64,000 bases of DNA from an uncultured Planctomycetota bacterium (GTDB taxonomy: Bacteria; Planctomycetota; Planctomycetia; Isosphaerales; Isosphaeraceae), in assembly GCA_963845755.1 (NCBI GenBank), contig CAWJTV010000005.1:288001-352000 (forward strand). Reading direction: 5' to 3'. A program made the translations under genes and the position numbers. The notes under the pieces are model-generated. The model was not told the origin of the DNA and searched no databases. It saw nothing but the letters and a program-made list of their open reading frames with translations. Every line of letters begins with the position of its first letter. Positions within the stretch are counted from its first letter, which is position 1. Of the stretch, positions 34,146 to 45,016 are shown piece by piece.

Positions 34146-35372
34146 TTGATTCGTCGAGTTGAAGCGGAACCCGCGACGGGGTTCCTGTCAATGGACCTGA
34201 GCCCGGCCACACTCCGGGCTCTCAAAGACGCCCGATACCTGCAGCCTACTCCCATCCAAGCGGCTTTTATTCCCAAAGCGCTCGATGGCCTTGACGTCAT
34301 CGGCCAAGCCAAGACGGGTACGGGCAAGACCGCGGCCTTCGGCATCCCGATCCTTGAGATGCTCGAGACGCGAGGGCGCGGGCCCCAGGCCATCATCCTG
34401 GCCCCAACCCGCGAGCTAACTCAGCAGATTGTAGGCGAGCTGAAGAAGCTCGCTATCGGCCGGCCGATCGCCGTGTGCGGCGTATTCGGCGGCGAACCGA
34501 TAGAGCGGCAGATTCGGGCTCTCCACCAAGGTGTCAACCTGGTTGTTGGCACGCCCGGCCGCGTCCTCGATCACATGCAGCGGCGGACGCTCTATCTCAA
34601 AGATATAGTCCACGTGGTTCTTGACGAGGCCGATCGGATGCTCGACATTGGATTCCGGCCCGACATCGAGCGAATCCTCCGCCAGCTTCCGACTCCTCGC
34701 CAGACGATGCTCTTGTCGGCCACGATCAACGCCGACGTGCTCCGGCTGTCCCAACGCTACATGTACGATCCACTCGAGCTCAACCTGTCACGTGACGAGC
34801 CCTCGGTGGAGACGATCAAGCAATTCTATGTCTCGGTGAACGCGGATCGGAAGATGGATCTGCTATTTCACCTCCTCAAACGGGACCGCCCGCGGCAGTG
34901 CATCATCTTCACGCGCACCAAGCGCGGCGCCGATCGGCTCGCCGATCGTCTGCGCCGGTCATTCTCCGGCGTTGCGGCGATCCACGGCGATCTCCCGCAG
35001 ACCAACCGTGACCGCGTGATGCGCGGGTTCCGCACCGGCGAGATCACGGTGCTGGTGGCGACCGACGTCGTCGGAAGGGGCATCGATGTCGAAGGCATCA
35101 GCCATGTAATTAACTACGATATCCCTGACGACCCGGAGAACTACGTCCATCGGATCGGCCGGACAGGCCGCATGGGTAAGGACGGCATCGCTTATCTCTT
35201 CGTCTGCCCCGACCAGGGGGAGCCGCTCACGGCGATCGAGAACCTCACGAACAAGATCATCACGCCCTTGCAACTGGAAGGCTTCGAGACCGCCCGGCCG
35301 AGAGTGCAGCCGGCGGCCCGCGAGCTGTTCAATACGGCGGTGACCCGGATGCCCGCTCTGGCGATGCGCTAG
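34146..35372 (+). CDS. DEAD-box RNA helicase
   Basis: PTPIQ, AKTGTGKT, PTREL, TPGR, DEAD, SAT, HGD, GRGID, HRIGRTGR. Confidence 0.96.
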   Translation: MIRRVEAEPATGFLSMDLSPATLRALKDARYLQPTPIQAAFIPKALDGLDVIGQAKTGTGKTAAFGIPILEMLETRGRGPQAIILAPTRELTQQIVGELKKLAIGRPIAVCGVFGGEPIERQIRALHQGVNLVVGTPGRVLDHMQRRTLYLKDIVHVVLDEADRMLDIGFRPDIERILRQLPTPRQTMLLSATINADVLRLSQRYMYDPLELNLSRDEPSVETIKQFYVSVNADRKMDLLFHLLKRDRPRQCIIFTRTKRGADRLADRLRRSFSGVAAIHGDLPQTNRDRVMRGFRTGEITVLVATDVVGRGIDVEGISHVINYDIPDDPENYVHRIGRTGRMGKDGIAYLFVCPDQGEPLTAIENLTNKIITPLQLEGFETARPRVQPAARELFNTAVTRMPALAMR

Positions 35373-36847
35373 CAGCCAACAGGGAAATCGGAAGACGACG
35401 CGACATTCGGCTTCGCCCGAGGGCTGAGAACAACCCTCGGGCGTCGTCGCGCAATCGGTTCGGGTCGTCCTCCGGAGGAGCAGGCGCATCACGATAAAGC
35501 ATCCCATCGCACCGATCGGCAAGCTGTGCCGCCTGTAGAGCGAGCTCGTCGGAGCCTGTGCAACTCGCGACACCCAGCCGCGCTTCCTCCGGCGTGAGTG
35601 CACCTGGGGGGCGTCCCACGCCGATCTCCAGGTACCGGATCAGGCCCGAGTTGAGATCTTGCGCGAGTGTCACTCCTGGCGGCGTCGCATCGCGGTTTGC
35701 GATCAGGGGGATCGAACGGAGTCGAACGGGCCAACCTGGCGGCATATCGCCGGGCCGCAGCCGGGCCATGGAGTCGACGATCCTTGGTGCGACGACGTAC
35801 ACGCACCAGACCTATCGCCACGCCTATCAGCAGGACCGTGGAACCAATCCAAGCTGTCCACATGCTAACATTCGTATTGCGCGAAGTGGCACCGGGCTCA
35901 CCGGGATCGAAACCCGCCTGATCGAATGTCGGCACCGCGACGACCCGGACCGCCACGCCTGGCGTGACCTGGGTGATGTAGCGCGAGGAAGCCGGGTCGA
36001 ACGACGCGATCGCGACTGGAGGGAGCACCGCCTCGCCTGGCCGGGACGGCCGGAGCCGGTAGAAGAATCTCCGCGCCGGCGGATTCGTGGCCAGATCAGT
36101 GGGCTTCGGCTCGATACGCAAACCGATCGGGAGACCGTCGAACCGCTTCAACTTCGGGCGATCGACCATGCCCCAGGCCGCCTGCCCGCTGACCGTGATT
36201 CGATACTCCAGTTCCTGGCCCACTCGGAGGACCTTCGGCTCAGCGGTTGCCTCGAGTGCAAATCGGCCGACGCCGCCAAGAAACTCTGCCGGGCGCCCTT
36301 CCACGGGCACTGGACGGATCGTGAGCCTGAAAGGCCGACTACGCCCCGACTGTTCCCGGAGCCGTGCACGAATTGCGGGGATTTCCAGAGGCCCCGATCG
36401 CCGGGGCACCACGCAAAACCGGCTGACGAACAAGTTCGACTCGGACATCGTCCCGCCGATCCCGCTAATGCTGAGAGGTTTCAAGCCGTTGTCGATCGGC
36501 CATATTTCCGCGCCTGCGATCGACGGCGGATCCACTTCGGGCCTCTGATCGGCGCCAACCACTCCGACGATAACCTCCATGGCCTGCCCGACAAAATGGA
36601 TCCCCGGCGCGACCTCCACGCGAATGCGCAAGTCATCCGACTCTCGCCCCCCGACAGTACCGACGAGAAGAACCCAGATGCCCAAGAGACTTATCCAGTT
36701 GACGCCGCGTCTCGGCAATCTGGACGCAGAACACTTCACCGTTTCTCTGTTGCCAAGGTGGGAATTGTGGTCAACTTGGACGAAGATCCCTCCCTGCAAA
36801 GCCTCGCCTTCCCCACAGCGATCAGTGTCTTCCACCGGCCGTCTCAT
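35329..36847 (-). CDS. batD: BatD-like protein (apparent indel near 35700; start uncertain)
   Basis: Signal-like N-terminal segment, beta-rich repeats (VGQ...V.V, P.RSG.LEIPAI, FLGGVGRF), late TM helix; same strand as batA/batB. Confidence 0.7.
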
Positions 36848-36974
36848 GATTGATCCCGAACAACGGGAAAGAATTCACGACACTTTGATAGACCCCCCAT
36901 CCGAGCGGCATGGTCACGATGAACCAGGCCAGCACAACCACAAGGGGCGACGTCTTCTTCGCGGGGCTCTCCAT
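36822..36974 (-). CDS. Small membrane protein associated with OFA-family MFS transporters
   Basis: LAW..V..PLGWGVY motif immediately after the OFA gene. Confidence 0.7.
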   Translation of the reverse strand: MESPAKKTSPLVVVLAWFIVTMPLGWGVYQSVVNSFPLFGINHETAGGRH

Positions 36975-37009
36975 GGATTGTCTCGATTCCAGATCGAGTC
37001 GATTCTTGA

Positions 37010-38395
37010 TCAAACCTTGGCGGGCTGGCGATCGGCGATAGTCGGCTCACGATGATGATGACGCTCGGCGACGGGGCCGACCAGGAGGTTGCAGATGAAT
37101 CCGGCCAGTAGGAAGCCCGACATCAGGTACATCGTCGAATGATACGCCTCGGACCTCGGCACTCCGTGGTCGATCTGGTACGTCGAGATGTAGTTGATCG
37201 ACTGGGGGCCGAGGACCGCCGCCACCGACCAGGCGGTGATTAACCGGCCGTGGATCGCGCCCAGGTGCATGGTGCCGAACAGGTCGCGCAGATACGCAGG
37301 TATGGTCGCGAAGCCGCCGCCATACATCGAGATGATGACTGCGGTAACCAGGACGAACGACGTCACATTCTGCAATTTCTGGGCCAGCGGGATGAGTGCG
37401 TAGAGCGCGGCTCCGAGAAGAAAGAAGACGCAATAGATTGACTTGCGTCCGGTCAGGTCCGACGACGAGGCCCAGAAAAAGCGCCCACCCATGTTGAAGA
37501 GGCTGAGCAGGCCGGCGAATCCGGCGCCGACGGCCGCCGTCGTGCCGAACATGTGCTGGCACATCAGTGACGCCTGGCCGAGGATGCCGATCCCGGCCGT
37601 GACGTTCAGGCACAGGACGGCCCAAAGGAGCCAGAACTGGGGGGTCTTCCAGGCCACATCGACCGCGACCTCGGCATGAGTGACCAACTTCCTGGGCCGG
37701 GATGGGGGCGTGTAACCCTCGGGTCGCCATCCCGGCGCCGGCACACGGACGAGAAACGCGCCGAAGATCATGAAGGCAAAGTAGACGAAGCCCATCACCA
37801 GGAACGCCTCTTTCACTCCGACCGACGTGGACGACTGGAACCGGCTCATGAGCTCCATGCCCAGCGGTGAGCCGACCAGGGCGCCGCCGCCGAATCCCAT
37901 GATGGCCATGCCGGTCGCCATGCCCGGACGGTCGGGGAACCACTTGACCAGCGTCGACACCGGCGCGATGTAGCCGAGGCCCAGGCCGATGCCGCCGATA
38001 ACGCCGTAACCCAGGTAGATGACCGAGAGCTTGTGCACTGCCACACCCAGGCTGGCGATCGCCAGTCCGCCGCAGAAGCAGCAGGCGCTGACGAACATCG
38101 TCTTTCGTGGCCCAACGCGTTCGACCCATCGGCCGAATAAGGCCGCCGAGAGTCCGAGCATGATCAGTGCGATCGAGTAGATCCAGCCGACCTGGGGAAT
38201 AGTCCAGTCCTGCCCCTTGATGGATCGGGTGATGCCGACGATACGCGTCAGCGGACCGTTAAACACGCTGAACCCGTAGATTTCACCGATGCAGAGGTGG
38301 ACGGCCAGCGCGGCGGGCGGGATTAGCCATCGGCTGAAACTCGGCAGTGCGATGGTTCGGTCGCGATCGAGGATATTCAGGTGTCGCATGGCCAT
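37010..38395 (-). CDS. OFA-family (oxalate/formate antiporter) MFS transporter
   Basis: RWLIPPAALAVHLCIG, WVERVGPR, KWFPDRPGMATG, YGGGFATIPAYL.DLFG, GAIHGRL. Confidence 0.93.
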   Translation of the reverse strand: MAMRHLNILDRDRTIALPSFSRWLIPPAALAVHLCIGEIYGFSVFNGPLTRIVGITRSIKGQDWTIPQVGWIYSIALIMLGLSAALFGRWVERVGPRKTMFVSACCFCGGLAIASLGVAVHKLSVIYLGYGVIGGIGLGLGYIAPVSTLVKWFPDRPGMATGMAIMGFGGGALVGSPLGMELMSRFQSSTSVGVKEAFLVMGFVYFAFMIFGAFLVRVPAPGWRPEGYTPPSRPRKLVTHAEVAVDVAWKTPQFWLLWAVLCLNVTAGIGILGQASLMCQHMFGTTAAVGAGFAGLLSLFNMGGRFFWASSSDLTGRKSIYCVFFLLGAALYALIPLAQKLQNVTSFVLVTAVIISMYGGGFATIPAYLRDLFGTMHLGAIHGRLITAWSVAAVLGPQSINYISTYQIDHGVPRSEAYHSTMYLMSGFLLAGFICNLLVGPVAERHHHREPTIADRQPAKV

Positions 38396-38420
38396 CCACC
38401 GGCGATGGGGACGAAGCCTT

Positions 38421-39350
38421 TCAAAGGGCGAGGTCGTCGAGGGTCGGAATTTCCGCCGCGTGACGGATTCGTCCAGCCCCCGTGTAAATGTTGAAGCGGT
38501 CCTGGCGGACGAAGCCAACCACGGTCATCCCGTACTCGCGCGCCAGGTCAACCGCCAGGGTTGAACGGCGCGCCGACGGCCGCCAGGATTGGTATACCGG
38601 CGACGGCTGCCTTCTGCACCAGTTCGAAGCTTGCGCGACCGCTCACAAGCAGGACGTTCTGAGACAGTTGCGTCTGTCCCCTCAGGAACTGGGAACCAAT
38701 GAGCTTATCCAGGGCATTGTGCCGGCCGACGTCCTCGCGCATATCCAGCAGCTTGCCACGGATATCAAAGAGCGCCGAGGCATGCAGACCGCCGGTCCGC
38801 TCGAATACGGCCTGAGTCGAGCGCAATGTCTCCGGCAATCCGTGGATCACCGACGATTCGAGGATCGGTTGGCAGTCGGCAATCCGGACCGGGCAGGTGA
38901 CCCGCACCGCAGCCAGGGAGACTTTGCCGCAGACGCCGCAACTTGAGGACGTATAAAAATGGCGCTCCAACCGGCCGAGATCCACGGCGATTCCGGGCTG
39001 AAGTTCCACACACACTGCGTTCTGCTGACGGTCCTCGCCGATACTGGTGACCTGCTCCGTGGCCTGAAGTATCCCCTCCGTAAACAAGAAACCGGCGGCC
39101 AGGTCCCGGTCGTGACCGGGCGTGCGCATTGTGATCGACACGCTGCGCGCTCGACGTGCCGGCCGTCCAGCTCGAAGCCGAGGCGGATCTCCAGCGGCTC
39201 CTCCACGGCCAACTCGTCCGATTGAACAGCCACTCCCGAACCGTGAATCCTGCATACGGCCACGGTGGCGACGCCAGGGTCGGAGAGCCGATTGAGCGTG
39301 TCAGGCTGATCCACGACGCTTTGCTCGCAAGGCATTGGAGTAAACGCCAT
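38421..39350 (-). CDS. fdhD: Formate dehydrogenase accessory sulfurtransferase FdhD (two apparent indels)
   Basis: LAVEEPLEI, TMRTPG, SSCGVCGK, TGGLHA, EDVGRHNALDK, SGRASFELVQK, then LAVDLA..GMTVVGF ending in TGA at 38421. Confidence 0.94.
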
Positions 39351-39635
39351 GGCCCATGTTAACGATTAGCGACGCACCGATCCAGTTGGTCCCGTCCAGT
39401 CTATCTGGGCCTCTGGGCCGGCCTTGAGGAAGGGCCATTGGTAATTCCTGAATGAACCATCAGGTTTGAGCCGACTACGCCGGGCTTGTGAAGCCGATCC
39501 GAACCGAGCCGTTTAGATCCGCCCTGAAAGACCCTCGGCATGTCGGCGGTTCCTCTCCGGATGCCAGAGCCGAGAGACGCATACCATTGGACAATCGGGC
39601 TGTTCTCAAACACCGCGCCAGAATCTGAATTCCCG

Positions 39636-41554
39636 TCACCAATCTCTGCGGTCAGCCGTCGCTGAGGCCGGTGGGGGCTCATCGGGTAGCCGTCGGCTCT
39701 GGGCGGCGCGGACAGACTCGAGCGCGGCGTTAAGCCGATCCTCGGGCGACTCGCCGGATGAATTTGGAGGCGTCGTGCGACCGCCCCCAGCCCCGCCGAA
39801 ACGTCGGCGGCTCCGTGGCGGTCGGTCGCGGCCGACCGCTTTGTCGGAGTCTTCCTCCCCGCCGGCCCCGTTGGTTGGCGGACCGGTTTCCGGCTCGTCC
39901 CCTTCGCCAGGTGTCTCGCCGCCATCGCGCCGATCGGGGGCGTTTCGACGGTCGGATTTGTGAGAGGCGGTGGGGTCGTCCGAGCCCTGCCCTTGGGGAA
40001 TCGAGGGAGACTGAGCTTGTCGGTTCGCAAAGTCGCGGTTGATCGCAGCGTCATGGCGGACAGAGTCCAGCTCTGCGCCGCGGGCCGTCGAGGCGATGCA
40101 TTCATCGTAAGAATGGATCGCGCCAGGGATGTCGCCCAGGGCCAGCGACGTGTTGCCAAGGGTATAGTCGATCTTGGTTTTCAAGGAGGAATCGGCGAGC
40201 TGGCGGGCCTCACGATACCGCTGGAGGGCCTCGTCGTAGCGCCCAAGCCGGAAGAGCACGGCAGCGGCATCGTAGGGTGGTACAGCCTCCTTGGGTGCCA
40301 GCCGCGCCGCCGATTCGAAGTGTGTCAGGGACTCGTCTAGCTTGCCGGCCTCATAAGCCGTCCGGCCCAACGCCACCAGTTCGGCCGCCGACTTCGATCG
40401 TTCGGCGTGGCCGGATGCCGGTGGTATCTGGAGGGTGAACATGGCCCTGAATTCTCGCCATTGACCGGGCGGCTGACCCGATCCAGTAACAGGTCCTACC
40501 AGGGCGATCATGAGCGAGACATGTCCCACGGACTTGGCTGACCTCCGCCACGGCCAGGTCCCCGGCCACAACCAGGCACCGCGCCACGACCACCCGCGGC
40601 CGGGCGGCCAGCACCCGGCGATCAAGCACGTGAGAGCGAGGGCCAGGAGTACAGGGAACCCTTCGGCGAGTTCGGAGATCCTCGGGATCTGCGCTCGCCG
40701 GCGCTCGGCCGGCTCGATCCGTGTCCGGTACAATTTGCCCAGGTCTCCCGAGGTCAATCCGAGGCGTATCATCGCTCCACCCGTCTCATGGGCGAGCGCC
40801 TCGAGCGGGGTATCGTTCCGCTTGGAGATGACCGGCTCACCGCGATAGACCAGTGGCTTGTCGCCCGCCCCCGAGGGCACCGGATGGCCATGGTCGGCAT
40901 CGCCGATGCTGACCGCGTGGACCACGATGTTCTGTTCGCGGAGCCGGTCCAGCCGGGAACGCCAACGATCATCGGCGAGGTCTTCGCCGTCGGAGAACAC
41001 CACGATGGACTGCCCCTGCGCGTGCTCGTCCGGTCCGATGGCCTCGAGTGCTGCGTCCAGCCCGGTGCCGAGGTCGGTACCGCCGGGCCGGACTGCCCCC
41101 GGCTTCAGGCGGCGAAGTGTGTCAATCACGTGACCGAGGTTCTCCGTCAACGGGCAGAGGAGCAGCCCGCGGCCCGCGAAGCCCACGACGGCCGCCCGAT
41201 CGTCCTGCGACCAACCCAGGGCGTTGACTAGTCCCTCGGCCGCTTCGACCGCCACCACTAACCGGTTCGGCACGGCGTCTTCCGTTCCCATACTCCGGCT
41301 TACGTCCATAACGAGAATCGCGTCGTGCCCCGGCGGACGCGGCGAACCGATGCGGCCCCACTTCGGTTGCGCCATGGCCACCGCCAGAAACGCGATCGCA
41401 CTGAGCCACCACAATGCGCCTCTCGCGGAGCACGGCCGCGCTGCGCCAGCGATTCCCAGGCGCACCGTCGCCTCAGCCGCGCCCGAATCGCCCACAGGAG
41501 GAGGATCGGCAGGACCGTCAAGAGCCAGAGTCTTTCGGGATGTACGAAGGTCAC
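39636..41554 (-). CDS. batB: BatB/BatC-like VWA plus TPR fusion (apparent indel near 41460)
   Basis: TFVHP..LWLL start, AMAQP.WG, DVSRSM (MIDAS), PLT, GGTD, SDGED, TPR repeats, C-terminal RDW. Confidence 0.85.
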
Positions 41555-41710
41555 TTGTGGTGGTGAGTCGTCAGTGGTCGGTGGTCGATCACTCGGTGTC
41601 GAATGGAGAACCAAACTCGGCGCCGCGACGGTAGCCCTTCGGTCTACCGAGTGGCGGGGTCGCGAGATCTCGTCACAACCTGCGAGATTCAGGTTTCTAT
41701 TCGGTTCTGC

Positions 41711-42718
41711 CTATGGCAAGCGCCGCAATCGCCCCTGCGACAAAAGCCGGTCCAGAATGAGCAGCGCCAGTGCGAACCCAGCCATCGGAGCAAAGTGTTC
41801 ATCATAACGGGTCAAGATGCGGCCGTGTATCGGACTCTTTTCCAGCTCGTCGATCCGGTTGAACACATCGGCGAGAGCATCGGCGTTAGCGGCGAGGAAG
41901 TCACTTCCGCCGGTGGTCTCGGCCAGTTGCTTCAACAGTGGGAGATCCGGCCCGGCGACTTCGGCGACGGCCGGCTGCTGAGTCTCGCGGTCGATGCCAT
42001 GAAGGACGCCGCCGATCCTGCCGATCGCGATCGTGTGTAGGACTACGCCCCAGTCACGGGCGATGCTGGCGGCCACGACCGGATCCACGGGTTTGGGATC
42101 GGAGACCGCAGGCTCGTTCTTACCGTCGGTCAAGAGGACCAGAACTTTTTTCCGGGGTTCTGTGTGGAGGACTGCATTGAGACCCTCGATGATCGCGCTG
42201 CCAATATCGGTCCCGTCACCACCCGGCCGCGCCGGTCGCAGCGCGAGGATGTGGCCAAGCACCGGTTCATGATCGGGCTTCGGCGGCCAGATCAGGTCGG
42301 GAAGTCCCGCGAAGGCGACCAGTCCAATCAGATCGTCGGGTCGGCCCTGGACGAACTTCGCGACCGTCCTCTTCGCCGCCTCGAGTCGCGAGATCAACCG
42401 GGTGTCGTGGTCGGACGGGAAGTCCACCGCCTTCATGCTCGAACTCTGGTCCACCATCACGACGATCGCGACTCCCTGCCCCGCGATCCGGGTCACGCCG
42501 CCCACGGTCTGCGGCCGTGCCAGCGCCACAGCCAGCCCGGCGATCGCCAGTCCTCGAAGGTATGCCGGCAACGCCCGGAGCGAGACGCAGCCGACCCGCA
42601 GCCGCTTCGGGAACCCCTCGAAGCCCGGCCAGTTGATCCTCGGACGCGATCGCTCCAGGATCCAGGGAAGTGGCATCACAGCCATCAACCAGAGCCAGGC
42701 GGGATGGACGAATTGCAT
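41711..42718 (-). CDS. batA: BatA-like VWA domain protein
   Basis: MQFVHP.WL, ALARPQ, DQSSSM, DLIGLVAFAG, GTDIG, LLTDG.N, IDELEK. Confidence 0.88.
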   Translation of the reverse strand: MQFVHPAWLWLMAVMPLPWILERSRPRINWPGFEGFPKRLRVGCVSLRALPAYLRGLAIAGLAVALARPQTVGGVTRIAGQGVAIVVMVDQSSSMKAVDFPSDHDTRLISRLEAAKRTVAKFVQGRPDDLIGLVAFAGLPDLIWPPKPDHEPVLGHILALRPARPGGDGTDIGSAIIEGLNAVLHTEPRKKVLVLLTDGKNEPAVSDPKPVDPVVAASIARDWGVVLHTIAIGRIGGVLHGIDRETQQPAVAEVAGPDLPLLKQLAETTGGSDFLAANADALADVFNRIDELEKSPIHGRILTRYDEHFAPMAGFALALLILDRLLSQGRLRRLP

Positions 42719-42831
42719 GTCGCTCGCTCAGTAATCGTTGGTGAGTAATCAGAAAGGACAAGCCGAGGGACCCGCACGGAATCTAGAGCGATGCTCACGT
42801 CGAAATACTGCTATCACAAAGATAGCCACGC

Positions 42832-44040
42832 TCATTTCTTCTGACCACTGGCCACCGTCCGCTGACCGCTGAGACGAAGGCGGGCCTCCAGAGCGCGATC
42901 GAGTGCGGTCTGGGGATCTCGGTCGAGCACGGTCAGGTGGCCCATCTTTCGTCCTGGTGCGGGCGTTCGTTTGCCATAGAGGTGCAGGGAAATGTCCGGG
43001 TCCGCTCCCAACGCGGCGTCCCATCGCGGCTGGCCCCCCGACTGGCCCCAGAGGTCGCCCAGCAGGTTGACCATCGCAGCCGGCATGATCAGGTCCGATG
43101 CACCGAGCGGCAGGCCGCAAAGTGTGCGGACTTGCTGTTCGAACTGGCTCGTGTAAGCCGCCTCGATGGTGAGATGCCCGGAATTGTGGGGTCGCGGGGC
43201 GAACTCGTTGACGAGCAAGCGACCGTCGGCAGTCAGGAAGAACTCGACCGTGAGCACGCCAACGGTGCCCAGCGCCTGGGCCGCGCCCAGGGCCAGGTTG
43301 CGGGCCTCCAGGGCAACAATCGGACCGACCGGCGCCGGCATCATCGTGCTATCGAGGATGTGTCGCTCATGCCTGTTCAGCCCGACGGGATAGCACACGG
43401 CTAGGCCTTCGTGGGTGCGGACCACCACGACCGAGACCTCAACATTGAAGTCGACCCAGGCTTCGGCGACGCATCTGGCCCGGCCCAGACTCAACCACGC
43501 ACTGGATGCCTGATCAGCCCGGTCAACGCGGATCTGCCCCTTGCCGTCATAACCCGAGACGGCAGTCTTGAGGATCATCGGCAATCCGAGCGACCGAACT
43601 GCCTCATCGAGATCGGACTGGGCCTGAACCGGACACCAAGGAGCAAGGGGGATGCCATGCCGGGCCAGGAATCTCTTCTCGCGGAGTCGGTTCTGCGCAA
43701 CCCAAAGCGTACGCCACCCGGGGCGAACCGGGCGGCGCCTTGCCAGCCATCGAAGCGACGGGGCCGAGACATTCTCGAACTCCACCGTGATCGCCTCGGC
43801 TCGATCGGCGAACGCCCGTAGGGCATGGGCATCGTCGTCGCGGCCGATGACGGTCCAGTGTGCGACTTGGGCGGCAGGCGTGTCTTCGGCTTCGCTCAAG
43901 ACGCCGGCGCGATAACCCATGCTTTGGGCCGCCTGGATGAACATCCGGCCCAGTTGGCCGCTGCCGATCACTCCCAACGATGCCGGGGGGAACAGAGGGG
44001 CAGCCTCGTCGAGAAACGATCGGTCCGGACCCATGCTCAT
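42832..44040 (-). CDS. purK: N5-carboxyaminoimidazole ribonucleotide synthase
   Basis: [50 protein letters not shown]. Confidence 0.96.
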   Translation of the reverse strand: MSMGPDRSFLDEAAPLFPPASLGVIGSGQLGRMFIQAAQSMGYRAGVLSEAEDTPAAQVAHWTVIGRDDDAHALRAFADRAEAITVEFENVSAPSLRWLARRRPVRPGWRTLWVAQNRLREKRFLARHGIPLAPWCPVQAQSDLDEAVRSLGLPMILKTAVSGYDGKGQIRVDRADQASSAWLSLGRARCVAEAWVDFNVEVSVVVVRTHEGLAVCYPVGLNRHERHILDSTMMPAPVGPIVALEARNLALGAAQALGTVGVLTVEFFLTADGRLLVNEFAPRPHNSGHLTIEAAYTSQFEQQVRTLCGLPLGASDLIMPAAMVNLLGDLWGQSGGQPRWDAALGADPDISLHLYGKRTPAPGRKMGHLTVLDRDPQTALDRALEARLRLSGQRTVASGQKK

Positions 44041-44534
44041 ACCGGCGATTCTCCCACGGCCTCGGTCTGCGCCTGGCGGAGCTGCGCCAAGGCCGCCCGA
44101 ATCGCCGGATATTTGCGTGCCAGGATGGACGCCGCCAGGACGGCTGCATTCGCCGCACCCGAGCTGCCGATGGCCAGCGTGCCGACCGGCACGCCCCGCG
44201 GCATCTGCACAATCGACAGAAGCGAGTCGACCCCGCGCAGCATCTTACTCTCGACAGGAACGCCGAGCACCGGCAAGATCGAGATCGCTGCCAGCATCCC
44301 CGGCAGATGCGCCGCGCCTCCGGCTCCGGCTATCAACACTTCCAGGCCGCGCCCTTCCGCCTCGCGACCGTAGCGGAATAGCCGTTCCGGAGTCCGGTGC
44401 GCCGAGACCACTTTCGCCTCGAACGGGATGGCCAGCTCGGTCAAGACTTCGCAGGCATGGCGCATTGTATCCCAGTCCGACTTGCTGCCCATCAGTACGC
44501 CCACCAGCGGTGTTTCGGGGATCTCGTTCACCAT
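44037..44534 (-). CDS. purE: N5-CAIR mutase
   Basis: [37 protein letters not shown]. Confidence 0.97.
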   Translation of the reverse strand: MVNEIPETPLVGVLMGSKSDWDTMRHACEVLTELAIPFEAKVVSAHRTPERLFRYGREAEGRGLEVLIAGAGGAAHLPGMLAAISILPVLGVPVESKMLRGVDSLLSIVQMPRGVPVGTLAIGSSGAANAAVLAASILARKYPAIRAALAQLRQAQTEAVGESPV

Positions 44535-45016
44535 GTCGTTTCCGGGGACGCTCCCTCGCGGTTCGCCTGCCCGAGGCCGGCTCATACGAATGAATTCGAC
44601 GGTACAGGTTTCTTCGACGTTCGCCGTTTCTTCGCCCCCGGTTCGGCGAATGACAGAATCCACGAGACCTCAAGATCGGAGTCAGGACACGGTGCCGTAG
44701 TGGCCATGTCGTCCCCCACCACGGGGCCATTCATATTCGTAGGAGGAGCGCAGCCTCACTCTATTCTACCCCAAACCCGGCATCAGGACGACCCGAGTTG
44801 TAGAGGGCGAATTGACCGGAGGGGGATCAGGGACGACAATGATGCAGTCCACCTCTGAACCCTCGGAGCCAGCCGAGGCGTCGCCGGTTCCCGAGCGGTT
44901 GGAGCATCAGTGGCGGGACGATCTTCGAATCGGCCAATCCGGGCGGTGTCTGAACCTACGGACCATTCGGCCTGATCGGGAAGAGACCCGCGAGGTGAAT
45001 GACAAAGGGAGTCTCC

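Noticed and set aside
39440..39601. 6S RNA, SRP RNA, glycine or Moco riboswitch call
   Set aside because: Only short partial resemblances (GGAGAG...TCAGG, GAACC...GGTT); the consensus cores are not met, so it is kept only as an unassigned candidate.
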